Shown here piece by piece: positions 9,872-19,814 of a stretch of DNA of 25,945 nucleotides (position 1 is its first letter; each line of letters opens with the position of its first letter). The stretch comes from Octopus sinensis. Taxonomy: Eukaryota. Under the pieces are notes generated by a model. The model saw only the letters and a program-made list of their open reading frames with translations, was not told the DNA's origin and did no database searches. The position numbers and the translations under genes are program-made. The stretch is taken from assembly GCF_006345805.1 (NCBI RefSeq), contig NW_021836009.1, positions 1 through 25,945 on the forward strand, in the 5' to 3' direction.

Positions 9872-10257
9872 GGCTCAGGCGTTACTGTGTGGTAAGAAGC
9901 TTGCTTCCCAACCATATGGTTTCGGGTTCAGTCCCACTGTGTGGATCCTTGGGAAAGTGTCTTCTACTATAGCCTCGGGTCGACAAAACGCCTTGTAAGT
10001 AAATTTGGTGGACGGAAACTGAAAGAAGCCTGTCGAATATGTGTGTGTGTGTGTGTCCCCATCACTGCTTGACAACCGGTATTAGTGTGTTTATGTCCCC
10101 GTAACTTAGCGATGTGGTACAGAGATCGATAGAATAAGTACTAAGCTTTAAAAAATAAGTCCTAGGATTGATATGTTCGACTAAGACCTTTGAAGGCAGC
10201 AGTGCTCCAGCATGGCAGTAGTCAAATGACTGAAACAAGTAAAAGAATATAAGAATA
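9872..10257 (+). mobile_element. Family A SINE, near full length
   Basis: Head, GGGTTCAGTCCC, central (TG)n, tail CTCCAGCATGG..CAAATGACTGAAACAAGTAAAAGAATA. Confidence 0.9.
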
Positions 10258-10327
10258 CATAGTTTTATCAACTGTCGTATATTTTCGTGAATTCACACAC
10301 ATTTCTATAGCATCAACTCCACTTTAA

Positions 10328-10417
10328 CATAAGTACCAGTTATGTACTGAGGTTTATGTAATCGACTGACCCCTCTCCACAAAAGTTCATGCCTTGTGTC
10401 GATAGAAGAGAGCATTA
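10328..10417 (+). mobile_element. Family B SINE 3' fragment
   Basis: TAAGTACCAGTT..TGTAATCGACT..CCTTGTG matches the B body and tail. Confidence 0.65.
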
Positions 10418-10907
10418 AATACTTTGGGTGCATAATGTAGGGACGTGTTTGGGAAAACGCTTTAATTCATTTGTGAATATAAATAATAAAGAGAAGACAC
10501 ATGCATAGTTTTGCTCGCAACTCATAAAACAGAAAATGTTTATTTAATATCATTTGCCACACATAACGCATATGAAATATCGTGTTCTTTAAAAGAATTT
10601 TTGGTAAACTTAATGAACCAAGAAAAATCTAAAGAAAATAATTTTAAAAACAGAGAATAAAACTGACTTTTCAAAAGGAAATTGCATTGGCTTTTGTCAA
10701 GTTAATTAAAATAGATTACCTGCCGCAAATTATAATGAGGATCTTTAACACCTGCCGAAAGAAAAATCACACAAAATTGCATTTATTTCGGAAAAACAAC
10801 AAATGATAATAGTGTTTACTTTCTATGAGTTAATGCTATAAAAATGTATATAAATTCACGAATACAAACGACAGTTAATAAAGCCATTTATTATTGTTTA
10901 CATATGC

Positions 10908-11320
10908 GTTTCAAATTTTGGCACAAGGCCAGCAGTTTCGATGGAGGGGGGTAAGGCGATTATGTTAACTCCATTGCACAACCTAGTACGTATTTTATCG
11001 ATACACAAAGGGATAAAAGGCAAAGTCTACCTCGGCGGAATTTGAACTCAGAACTAAAAGATGGACGAAATGCCCCTATGCTTTTCATCAAGTAAGCTAA
11101 CGATTCTTTTCTACTCTAGGCACAAGGTCCGGAAATTCCGGGGGTGGGAGCCAGTCGATTAGATCAACCCCAATACGCGACTAGTACTTAATTTATCGAT
11201 CCTGAAAGAATAACGGCTAAAGTCGACCTCGGCGGAATTTGAACTCAGACCGTTAAGACGGACGAAATACTACTCAGCATTTCGTCCGGCGTGCTAACGT
11301 TTCTGCCAGCTTGATGCCTT
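10908..11320 (-). mobile_element. Family B head-to-tail dimer (tail iii copy joined to the A-box of a tail ii copy)
   Basis: In sense: full copy 11320-11102 ending CCTTGTGCCTAGAGTAGAAA, then AGAATCGTTAGC.. through ..CCTTGTGCCAAAATTTGAAAC. Confidence 0.85.
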
Positions 11321-11340
11321 AAGCAGTGTTTATATATATA

Positions 11341-11586
11341 TATTTTTTACTTGTTTCAGTCATTTGACTGCCGCCATGCTGGAGCACCGCCTTTAGTCGA
11401 GCAAATCGCCTCCAGGAATTATTCTTTGGAAGCCTAGTACTTATTCTATCGGTCTCTTTGGCCGAACCACTAGCTTACGGGGACGTAAAGACACCAACAT
11501 CGGTTGTCAAGCGATGTTGGGGTGACAAACACATACACACAAACATATACACACACCCGCACACACCACACACACACACACATATA

Positions 11587-11643
<57 letters not shown>

Positions 11644-11810
11644 TACATATATACGACAGGCTTCTTTCAGTTTCCGCCTACCAAATCCACTCACAAGGCT
11701 TTGGTCGGCCTGAGGATATAGTAGAAGACACTTTCCCAAGGTGTCACACTGTGGGAATGAACCCGGAAGCATGTGGTTGGTAAGCGAGCTACTTACCACA
11801 CAACCACTCC
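11341..11810 (-). mobile_element. Family A SINE, full length, expanded central (TA)n
   Basis: Reverse complement of the family A head at 11700-11810 and of the tail at 11341-11530. Confidence 0.9.
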
Positions 11811-11827
11811 TTTTATAATGTATGTGC

Positions 11828-11874
<47 letters not shown>

Positions 11875-12820
11875 GTGTTTTATCTAATAAAGCCGTGTTT
11901 GCTCAGCAATATTTTGACTTTTAAATTACGTCTGTCTACTTTGATTGAAAATTCTACTTTGAATGGTAAATTGTAAAATATTTTTAAAATTTATTTTTGC
12001 GTAATATAACGCTACAAACACTTGATAAGTTCAATGGACTGTCAGGTAATGAATGTGCTATGGTGGAAAATCTAATCAATAGCAAAGAAGACGATATTTG
12101 AATGAACTGATCTCAGTATATTACTGTTACATGTAGATTGATTTTGTCCGAAGGTAGTTACTTTGCTAATCATTTTCGAACCCGCTAGAGCAGAGTAGCG
12201 AGATGAACGCGAGTGGTTGCTTTTAGTGAAGTTCAGCAACGGCTGTGCTTAGCTTAAAATCCCACCAGTTTGCCGATATTGGCTTCTAACTGAGTTCGCC
12301 AATTATGCTGTTCGTTTCGATGGTCCATGCACCACCCGTTTATCATCGCATTCTGACCTACACGTGAGTTTAGGGGAGTCAACCAATCATACCATCGGTT
12401 TGATACTTTTTCTTGTCTTCATAGGAGTCTTTAATGATATTCACTGTTGCGAAGGCTTGGATCTCCCGGCGAGTCGACATCCAGGAGATTTTCCTAATCA
12501 TTTCAACTGAAAAATAATACATAACTTATTGAATTCCCCCAACTCTCAGGGAGATTAAAGTTAATAAGGCGTTGAGGAAATTTGAATTCACGTCTTGGAG
12601 AAATTTAACCAAACAGCCTAAATTCCTTTTGTCCAGCAGTTTATTAATTGATTATTGATTTTAGTGATAATAGATTCTTGGAGCTAGAAAATATTAACAT
12701 TCGTCCTAAGCAGGACTTCCACATTATGTTGGCAAATAATCTCTACTCTAGTGTACTGTTACTGAATGTCTCTCGTTGAGAGATTTAGTAATCAGTGGCT
12801 GTGTGTCACTTTGAAAATTA

Positions 12821-12964
12821 TATATTTCGAACAAGAGTTTAGCAGCGCCATCTGTAGCCGAGCAGTTATTCTGTGCTGACGAAAGGAAATAACCCAGACA
12901 CCGCGGTACGCAAATATTACTTTGTGCTGAGTGGGAACGCTAAACTCCCTTGTTCGAAAATATA
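12821..12964. mobile_element. Possible small MITE (~25-bp terminal inverted repeats)
   Basis: TATATTTCGAACAAGAGTTTAGC (12821-12843) versus GCTAAACTCCCTTGTTCGAAAATATA (12939-12964). Confidence 0.45.
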
Positions 12965-13140
12965 AGGACATATATAGTGTGTCGTATAGCCAGCTGTAGA
13001 CGATGCTTCTTGGGGCTAAATAGCAGAAAAACTCGTCCTAACCAGAACTGCTACATTATGTTGGCAAATAATCTTTACTCAAGTATACTGAATTCTCTCG
13101 TTGAGAGATTTCGAAATAATAGATTTTCTATTTGACAATA

Positions 13141-13292
13141 GTTTCGAAATTTGGCATAAGGAGGGGAAGACAATTACCTCAATTGACTGGTACTTATTAC
13201 ATCGACCCCGAAAGGGTGAATAGCAAAGTCGACGACGAAATACCACTAAGCATTTTGTCCGGCGTACAAACGACTCTGCCGGCTCACCGCCT
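13141..13292 (-). mobile_element. Family B SINE with internal deletions, tail ii
   Basis: ATCGACCCCGAAAGG..GCAAAGTCGAC|GACGAAATACC..GCATTTTGTCCGGC..CTCACCGCC; deletion at a GAC microhomology. Confidence 0.8.
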
Positions 13293-13299
13293 TAAATTG

Positions 13300-13980
13300 A
13301 TTTTACTAATAATAACGTTTAGCATTTCGTCTATGACAGATTTTAAGGAAGATGTTAATTAACTCAACCTTGGTGGTAGATAATTAAATAATTTCTCGAG
13401 TCGGTGAAGAATAAAAGGCAGCCATTTCTAGAAAGTTGCAGAATGTTAAGAAACTTACTTGAACACGGCATGAAATTGTTTCCAACGTTGGTAGGATTTG
13501 AACTCACAACCTAGAGAAAGCTAACCAAATTCCCCGAGGCCTTTAACTCATTACTAAAATGTTTTTCTATAATTTTTCCCCAATTTCTATTATGGACTCA
13601 TGTTCTGAATTTTGTGGGAGGGCTGTTAGTGAATTATATGTTTCCAGCTTAACAGGTGCTTTATTCTAAAGATTCTGAAAGAAAAAATTCGGTTGAATTT
13701 AAATTAAGAACGTAAACCCGGGGAAAATGCCGCTGAGCATTTTGTCCGGCACGTTAACTATTCTACCAGCTCGCCACCGTCGTCGGTTGCCTATAAATTT
13801 TAGTGATAATGACGCTTAGCAAAAAACAGAACGATGCTACAGATTTTAGGGAAGAAGTTGATTAAAATTAATTCAACCCATGTAGTTGATTGGTAATTAA
13901 TTTCCTGATTCCGGGAAGGATGAAAGGCAAATTCAGTTCCGGAAAGATAGAGAATGCAGAATATTCAGAGACGTGGCTAA
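13300..13980 (-). mobile_element. Cluster of old, highly diverged family B SINE remnants
   Basis: The clearest is 13650-13780 (GAAAATGCCGCTGAGCATTTTGTCCGGC..CCAGCTCGCC); also GGATGAAAGGCAAA at ~13918. Boundaries are approximate. Confidence 0.55.
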
Positions 13981-14038
13981 GCTTTATATGGAAATGTTCA
14001 AGGCTTTTAACATTGTTACGCACCGATTAAAGTAATAA

Positions 14039-14206
14039 TACCGGATTTACGGGTGTATAAGACGTACTCCCTCATAAGAACTACCCGCTACCCGTGTTAT
14101 CAAAGGATATTTTCAGGAAAAATAAATCTAGTATGTTTTATGATACACATATTTTAAAGTGGTTTTGATAGGCAAAATGTAAGATTCTATGCCGGTAAAT
14201 ACAATA
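14039..14206. mobile_element. Degenerate Tc1/mariner (pogo/Tigger-like) MITE
   Basis: 5' TACCGGATTTACGGGTGTATAAGACG and 3' TATGCCGGTAAATACAATA resemble the TACCGTATTT.CCGG.GTATAAGACG TIR type; TA at both ends. Confidence 0.5.
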
Positions 14207-14209
14207 CAG

Positions 14210-14495
14210 CAGTGGTTCTCACCCGGGACCCACATGACTCTTGGGAGTCAACATGACCATCGAGGGTCTACATGACCATGGAGAGTCCATGTAAGATATT
14301 TTTTGTGAAAATTTATGCGCAATAATTGGCTTATACTACAATATACCAAATATTAAAATTTTTACCACAATTCCTAATAATACCTAATTGTAAGAATATA
14401 ATAGGAACTTTAAAACATCGAATAGCACTCAGGGTCCACCCAAGTAGAATAGGAGTCAAATGGGGTTGAGAGGTAGAGATTGTTGAGAATCATTA
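14210..14495. mobile_element. hAT (Charlie-like) MITE
   Basis: CAGTGGTTCTC.. / ..GTTGAGAATCATTA termini; putative 8-bp TSD CAATACAG/CAATATAA (6/8 match); internal ~19-bp ACATGAC subrepeats. Confidence 0.65.
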
Positions 14496-14617
14496 CAATA
14501 TAATGGCAGCATACTGAAATGAAGTATGAAACCATAAATTTATCACAAATAATCTACGTCATGGGAGTATTGTTTGCCAGTGCTATCTTCTTTCAGACCA
14601 GCAGTATAGTTGCTTAT

Positions 14618-15002
14618 GTGGAGGCGCAATAGCCCCGTGGTTAGGACAGTGGACTCGCGGTCATAGGATCGCGGTTTCGATTCCCAGACCGGGCGTTGTG
14701 AGTGTTTATTGAGCGAAAACACCTAAAAGCTCCACGAGGCTCTGGCAGGGGATGGTGGTGATCCCTGCTGTACTCTTTCACCACAACTTTCTCTCACTCT
14801 TACTTCCTGTTTCTGTTGTACCTGTATTTCAAAGGGCCAGCCTTGTCACACTCTGTGTCACGCTGAATCTCCTCGAGAACTACGTTAAGGGTACACGTGT
14901 CTGTGGAGTGCTCAGCCACTTACACGTTAATTTCACAAGCAAGCTGTTCCGTTGATCGTATCAGCTGGGACCCTCATCGTCGCAACCGACGGAGTGCTCC
15001 TT
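14618..15002 (+). mobile_element. Family C tRNA-derived (Arg-like) SINE, full length, with 13-bp TSD
   Basis: GTGGAGGCGCAATAGCCCCGTGGTTAGG (A-box), GGTTTCGATTCCC (B-box). TATAGTTGCTTAT is present at both 14605-14617 and 15003-15015. Confidence 0.93.
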
Positions 15003-15297
15003 TATAGTTGCTTATATACAGGATGTAAAACTCGTATATCTGGCTTTAGTGCCTTATGTAATTGCGATGGGTCACCAGAGTGGTACAGCACTGCTATGGC
15101 TTTGCTGCCATCCACTCACTACAATTGGTTGACAAGCGGATTGGAGTTTAACATACTTTTTCATCTATCTAGAAGAATTTGTTTGAAGACAATTAAAATA
15201 GTGTTTCTTAAAGGTAATATAGTCATTAAATGTAAGACACATATCAGGTGCAGGTTATCTATCTTTTATCTTTTGCTTGTTCCAGTCATTAAAAATG

Positions 15298-15460
15298 TAT
15301 CGACCCCAGAACTTATTTTTTTTAAAGTCTGGTACTTATTTCATCAGTTTGTTTTGCTGAACCGCTAAGTTACGAGGACGTAAGCACGCCCCCCCCCTAA
15401 TGTCGAGCGGTGAAGTTGGGACAATCACAGACGCAAAGACATACACACACATATATACAT
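15298..15460 (-). mobile_element. Family A SINE 3' fragment
   Basis: GGTACTTATT..GCTGAACCGCTAAGTTACGAGGACGTAA matches 11430-11490. Confidence 0.75.
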
Positions 15461-15508
15461 GTGCACAAAATATGTATTAAATATATATTTTTTTTTTTCT
15501 TATATATA

Positions 15509-15924
15509 GGCACAAGAGTGGCTGTGTGGTAAGTAACTTGCTTACCAAACACATGGTTCCGGGTTCAGTCCCATTGTGTGGCACCTTGGGGAAGTGCCTT
15601 CTACTATAGCCTCGGCCGACCAAGCCTTGTAAGTGGATTTGGTAGACGGAAACTGAAAGCAGCCCGTCGTATATATGTGTGCGTATGCATATGTTTGTGT
15701 GTCTGTACTTGTCCTCCTAACATCGACTCTGAAATGATGAAAGGCAAAGTCGACCTCAGTGGAATGCTGGTGTGTTTGCGTCCCCGTCACTTAGCGGTTC
15801 GGCAAGAGTGTCCGATAGAATAAGTACTAGGTTTACAAAGAATAAGTCCTGTGGTCGGTTTGTTTGACTAAAGGCGGTACTCCAGCATGGCAACAGTCAA
15901 ATGACTGAAACAAATAAAAGAATA
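15509..15924 (+). mobile_element. Family A SINE, full length, containing a short antisense family B patch
   Basis: Canonical head and tail; ATGATGAAAGGCAAAGTCGACCTC at ~15735-15758 belongs to family B. Confidence 0.9.
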
Positions 15925-15932
15925 TACATGCA

Positions 15933-16220
15933 CACATCTGTGTGGTTTGTGGTAGGAGGTGCTTGAGTCGTGCGTGCTGGGTCAGCGGTCAGAGAACTCA
16001 CAGGAACCGACGCATGATAAATTGTGATATTGCTATTGTTCACAACAGAACATGGGCCACATGTGGAAAAGTGTGCCTCTCAGTTGGAAGATTGAAAAAG
16101 CATGTCAAATGAGTCCATACTGTGGCACCTGTTTCTTCTGCCAGCCAGGGCAGCTGTGCATTATGTAATAGAAATTGCAAATCATTCGCCGGGCTCAAAT
16201 GTCCTACAAGGGACTCACGT
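15933..16220 (+). pseudogene. Three decayed C2H2 zinc fingers, probably the ORF2 C-terminus of an RTE-type LINE
   Basis: Frame +3, not in the ORF track: HICVVCGRRCLSRACWVSGQRTH..WATCGKVCLSVGRLKKHVK*VH..CALCNRNCKSFAGLK. The pattern is CxxCxRxCxSxxGLxxHxRxH, without TGEKP linkers. Confidence 0.6.
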
Positions 16221-16401
16221 TGTATCAACAATGACCCATTTCAGTGATTCTTTCTAGCAATAGCTTTGCTTGTATATGAGAAAGAAACTAAGATGAAGAC
16301 ATGTATCACACGTGATTATAGGCCTTTTGCGTCGCCTCTGTTGTTGTTTGTTCGTTTGAAACCCTAACTATCTACAAATTTTATATATTTTAATATTTTT
16401 T

Positions 16402-16846
16402 TCAGAACGTAAAGACAGACGAAATACCTATTTCTTTTACTAACCACAAGGGTCTAAATACAGAGAGGACAAACAAGGATAGACAAACGGATTAGGTCGA
16501 TTATATCGACCCCAGTGCGTAACTGGTACTTAATTTTATCGACCCCGAAAGGATGAAAAGCAAAGAGGATCACGGCGGAATTTGAACTCAGAACGTAACG
16601 GCAGACGAAATACCTATTTCTTTATTACCCACAAGGGGTTAAACACAGAGGGGACAAACAAGGACAGACAAACGGATTAAGTCCATTATATCGACCCCAG
16701 TGCGTAACTGGTACTTAATATTATCGACCCCGATAGGATGAAAGGCAAAGTGGACCACGGCGGAATTTGAACTCAGAACGTAACGGCAGACGAAATACCG
16801 ATAAGCGTTTCGCCTGGCATGCAAACAATTCTACAAGCTCACCGCC
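16402..16846 (-). mobile_element. Family B array: diverged head, two tail-i units (185-186 bp) and a 26-bp older-type stub
   Basis: GACGAAATACC at 16418-16428, 16604-16614 and 16789-16799. The stub has GTAAAGACAGAC (older variant) versus GTAACGGCAGAC in the units. Confidence 0.92.
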
Positions 16847-16865
16847 TTCAAAGTATTAATAATAA

Positions 16866-17055
16866 TGGTTTCAAATTTTGGCATAAAGACATCAGCTTCA
16901 GGGAAGGGATAAACCGATTACCTGGGCTCCAATGTTCAACTTGTAATTATTTTATCGAACCCGACCGGATGAAAGGCAAAGTCAACCTGAAGGGAACTTG
17001 AACACAGAACGTAAAGACGGACGAAATGTCGCTAAGCATTTTGTCCTGCATGCTA

Positions 17056-17057
<2 letters not shown>
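16866..17057 (-). mobile_element. Old family B SINE, tail ii, starting at the A-box
   Basis: GGTTTCAAATTTTGGC..GGATGAAAGGCAAAGTC..GACGAAATGTCGCTAAGCATTTTGTCC..GCTAA. Confidence 0.8.
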
Positions 17058-17116
<59 letters not shown>

Positions 17117-17386
17117 CCCTTCTACTATAGGTTCAAGACCTTAATTTATCGACCCCGAAATGATGAAAGGCAAAGTTGACCTCGGCGGAATTTGAACACA
17201 GACTGTAAAGCTGGGCGAATGATAATAATAATTAGTATATCAAATTTTTGCCCCAAGGGCAGCTTTGGGGAGATGGAGATGAGATGATTACATCGATCCC
17301 CAGTTTTTAATTTATCGACCCCGAAAGGATAAAAGGCAAAGGTGACCTCGGCGGAAATTGAACTCAGAACGTAAAGCCGGGCGAAA
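17058..17386 (-). mobile_element. Family B dimer, both units starting at TTCGCCC, ending in tail iii plus (ATT)n
   Basis: Two ATCGACCCCGAAA..GGCAAAG..CTCGGCGGAA..GGGCGAA blocks (~17145-17220 and ~17310-17386); (AAT)n at 17058-17116. Confidence 0.85.
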
Positions 17387-17710
17387 GAGAAGAAGAAGAA
17401 GAAGAAGAAGAAGAAGGAGGAGGAGGAGGAGGAGGAGGAGGAGGAGGAGAAGGAGAAGAGGGGGAGGAGAAGGGAGAGGGGAAGAAGACGAAGAAGAAGA
17501 AGGAGGATGAGGGGGAGAAGGAGGACGAGGAGGGGAAGAAGAAGAAGAAGAAGAAGAAGGAGGGGATGACAAGGAGAAGGAGGAGGAGGAGGGGGAGGAG
17601 GGGAAAGAAGACGAAGAAGAAGAAGGCAGGGGAGGAGGAGGAGGAGGGAAGAAGAAGAAGAAGAAGAAGAAGAAAAGAAGAAGAAGAAGAAGAAGAAGGA
17701 GAAGAAGAAC
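17387..17710. repeat. (GAA)n/(GAG)n polypurine tract
   Basis: ~320 bp of almost pure purine on the + strand. Confidence 0.95.
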
Positions 17711-18089
17711 TGGAGACAATCAATACACACAGTGTATCGCAATCTAAAAACATAACATCCCATCGTTTAGCCATCAATCTCTCACTAATATTTTTGCGTA
17801 GATTCCTCTCGTTGTGGCTTAAAAGAAAAGAGTACACAGTCCAGTAGCCAAAAATAACGATAATATCAACGGCAACGTCAACCAGAACAACAACAATAAA
17901 GGTTATGGAAATAATAATTGGTTTTTTTTTTTTTCTAATGTATATGCAGAGAAGAAAAAAAAAGATGAATAATTATTTTTCAGAAATTAAAGAAAACAAA
18001 ATCAGTCAAAGATACAAAAATTGTGATGAACAAACGAAAACAACCCGAAACGAGAAAAGATGAATTCTGATACATGCAAACATGCTCTC

Positions 18090-18144
18090 GCATGTGTATG
18101 TGTGTGTGTGTGGGGGGGGGATATACACATATAAATACACACAC

Positions 18145-18187
<43 letters not shown>

Positions 18188-18273
18188 CACTCACACACAC
18201 ACACATATATACATACATGTATATATATGCATATATTTATAAATATATATATGCTAATAATTATATATATACG

Positions 18274-18307
<34 letters not shown>

Positions 18308-18480
18308 TATATGTATATATATATGTAGATGTGTGTATATATGTATGTATATATATATATATAGGTACAAATGCTTACACACACATACACGCATATATAT
18401 AATCACACACACGTACATATACACTCACATACATGCATACATACATAGACACATGCATTCAAATATACACATGTATTAAG
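18090..18480. repeat. Compound (TG)/(CA)/(TA) microsatellite
   Basis: Direct reading. Confidence 0.9.
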
Positions 18481-18946
18481 AAAAACAAGTGATATGAGAA
18501 AAAATAAACAGAATTTTTAAAATGGCTGTTTGTAGAGAGTTCAGTATTTAAACGTTGTTGATTCTATATTGTTTGTTCAGATCATCGGAATGTGTATCTG
18601 TTGCGTACGTATGAGTGCGTGCATTCGTACGAGCGTGAGTATTTAGCGCTTTGCTATTCATCACCGTTAACATCTAAACCATCATCATCTTAATCCCTAT
18701 CATCTTCCTAATCCTTGTCATCATCCACATCATGATCATCATCATCATCATCATCATCCTAATCGTCATCAATAACAGCAGAATCAGCAGCGGCAGCGGC
18801 AGCAACATTCTGCCGGACTCGACATCAGCATCACTTGTTGAACTTCAACGTCCGTATGTCTTGTATTTGGTCAGCTTAACCTTTGCATCATGCACACACA
18901 AATATACGTTCATGCATACATGTATACATATATACATACATACATA

Positions 18947-19272
18947 AGCGCAGGAGTGGCTGTGTGGTAAGTAGCTTGCTTACCAACCACATGGTTCCGG
19001 ATTCAGTCATGCTTCGTGGCACCTTGGGCAAGTATCTTCTACTATAGCCTCGAGCCGACCAAAGCCTTGTGAGTGCATTTGGTAGACGGAAACTGAAAGA
19101 AGCCCGGCTTATATATGTATATATATGTATGTGTATATGTTTTGCATCAGTGTGTGTTTGCCCCCCCCCCCTCCAACATCGCTTGACAACCGATGCTGGT
19201 GTGTTTAGGTACCCGTAACTTAGCGGTTCGGCAAAAGAGAACGATAGAATAAGTACTAGGCTTACTAGGCTT
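18947..19272 (+). mobile_element. Family A SINE, 3' end missing
   Basis: AGCGCAGGAGTGGCTGTGTGGTAAG..; ends in the duplicated ACTAGGCTT ACTAGGCTT, then (TA)n. Confidence 0.9.
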
Positions 19273-19357
19273 ATATATGTGTTATATATATATGTATATA
19301 TATATATATATTATATGATATATATATATATTATTATGTGTATATATATATTATATA

Positions 19358-19420
<63 letters not shown>

Positions 19421-19425
19421 ATATG

Positions 19426-19456
<31 letters not shown>

Positions 19457-19530
19457 ATATATATTATATATATAATATATAATATATATATATATATATT
19501 CACACATACACACACACATATACATATATA
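19273..19530. repeat. (TA)n-rich microsatellite
   Basis: Direct reading; a second tract at 19716-19760. Confidence 0.95.
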
Positions 19531-19712
19531 CATAGCCCTTAAATATTCTCCGATCACCATTTACGAAAAAGCAACAATTATATGCAACTGTCTCTACAGT
19601 AATAATACAAGGAAATATAAAGTGGAAACAAAATCAGCACCTTGATCAAGCATTAGCTAAACTAATGACATTTGTAATGGTACGATCAGTCATTATTCTT
19701 ATACTACTCACA

Positions 19713-19762
<50 letters not shown>

Positions 19763-19814
19763 TAGAGAATCATTGTTGAATTGCATATTAGTGTTTTTTT
19801 CTCTAATTTATATA

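Noticed and set aside
14618-14690. Functional tRNA genes at SINE heads
   Set aside because: No complete acceptor stem or cloverleaf; the sequence continues into a SINE body with a TSD.
14752-15368. ORFs 14752-14955 and 14952-15368 as genes
   Set aside because: They overlap SINE sequence, start at non-ATG codons and show no recognisable domain.
17146-17847. Poly-S/L/F/P/E/R ORFs, also at 21325-23266 and 24171-24990
   Set aside because: They are trinucleotide-repeat artefacts with no domain signal or splice support.
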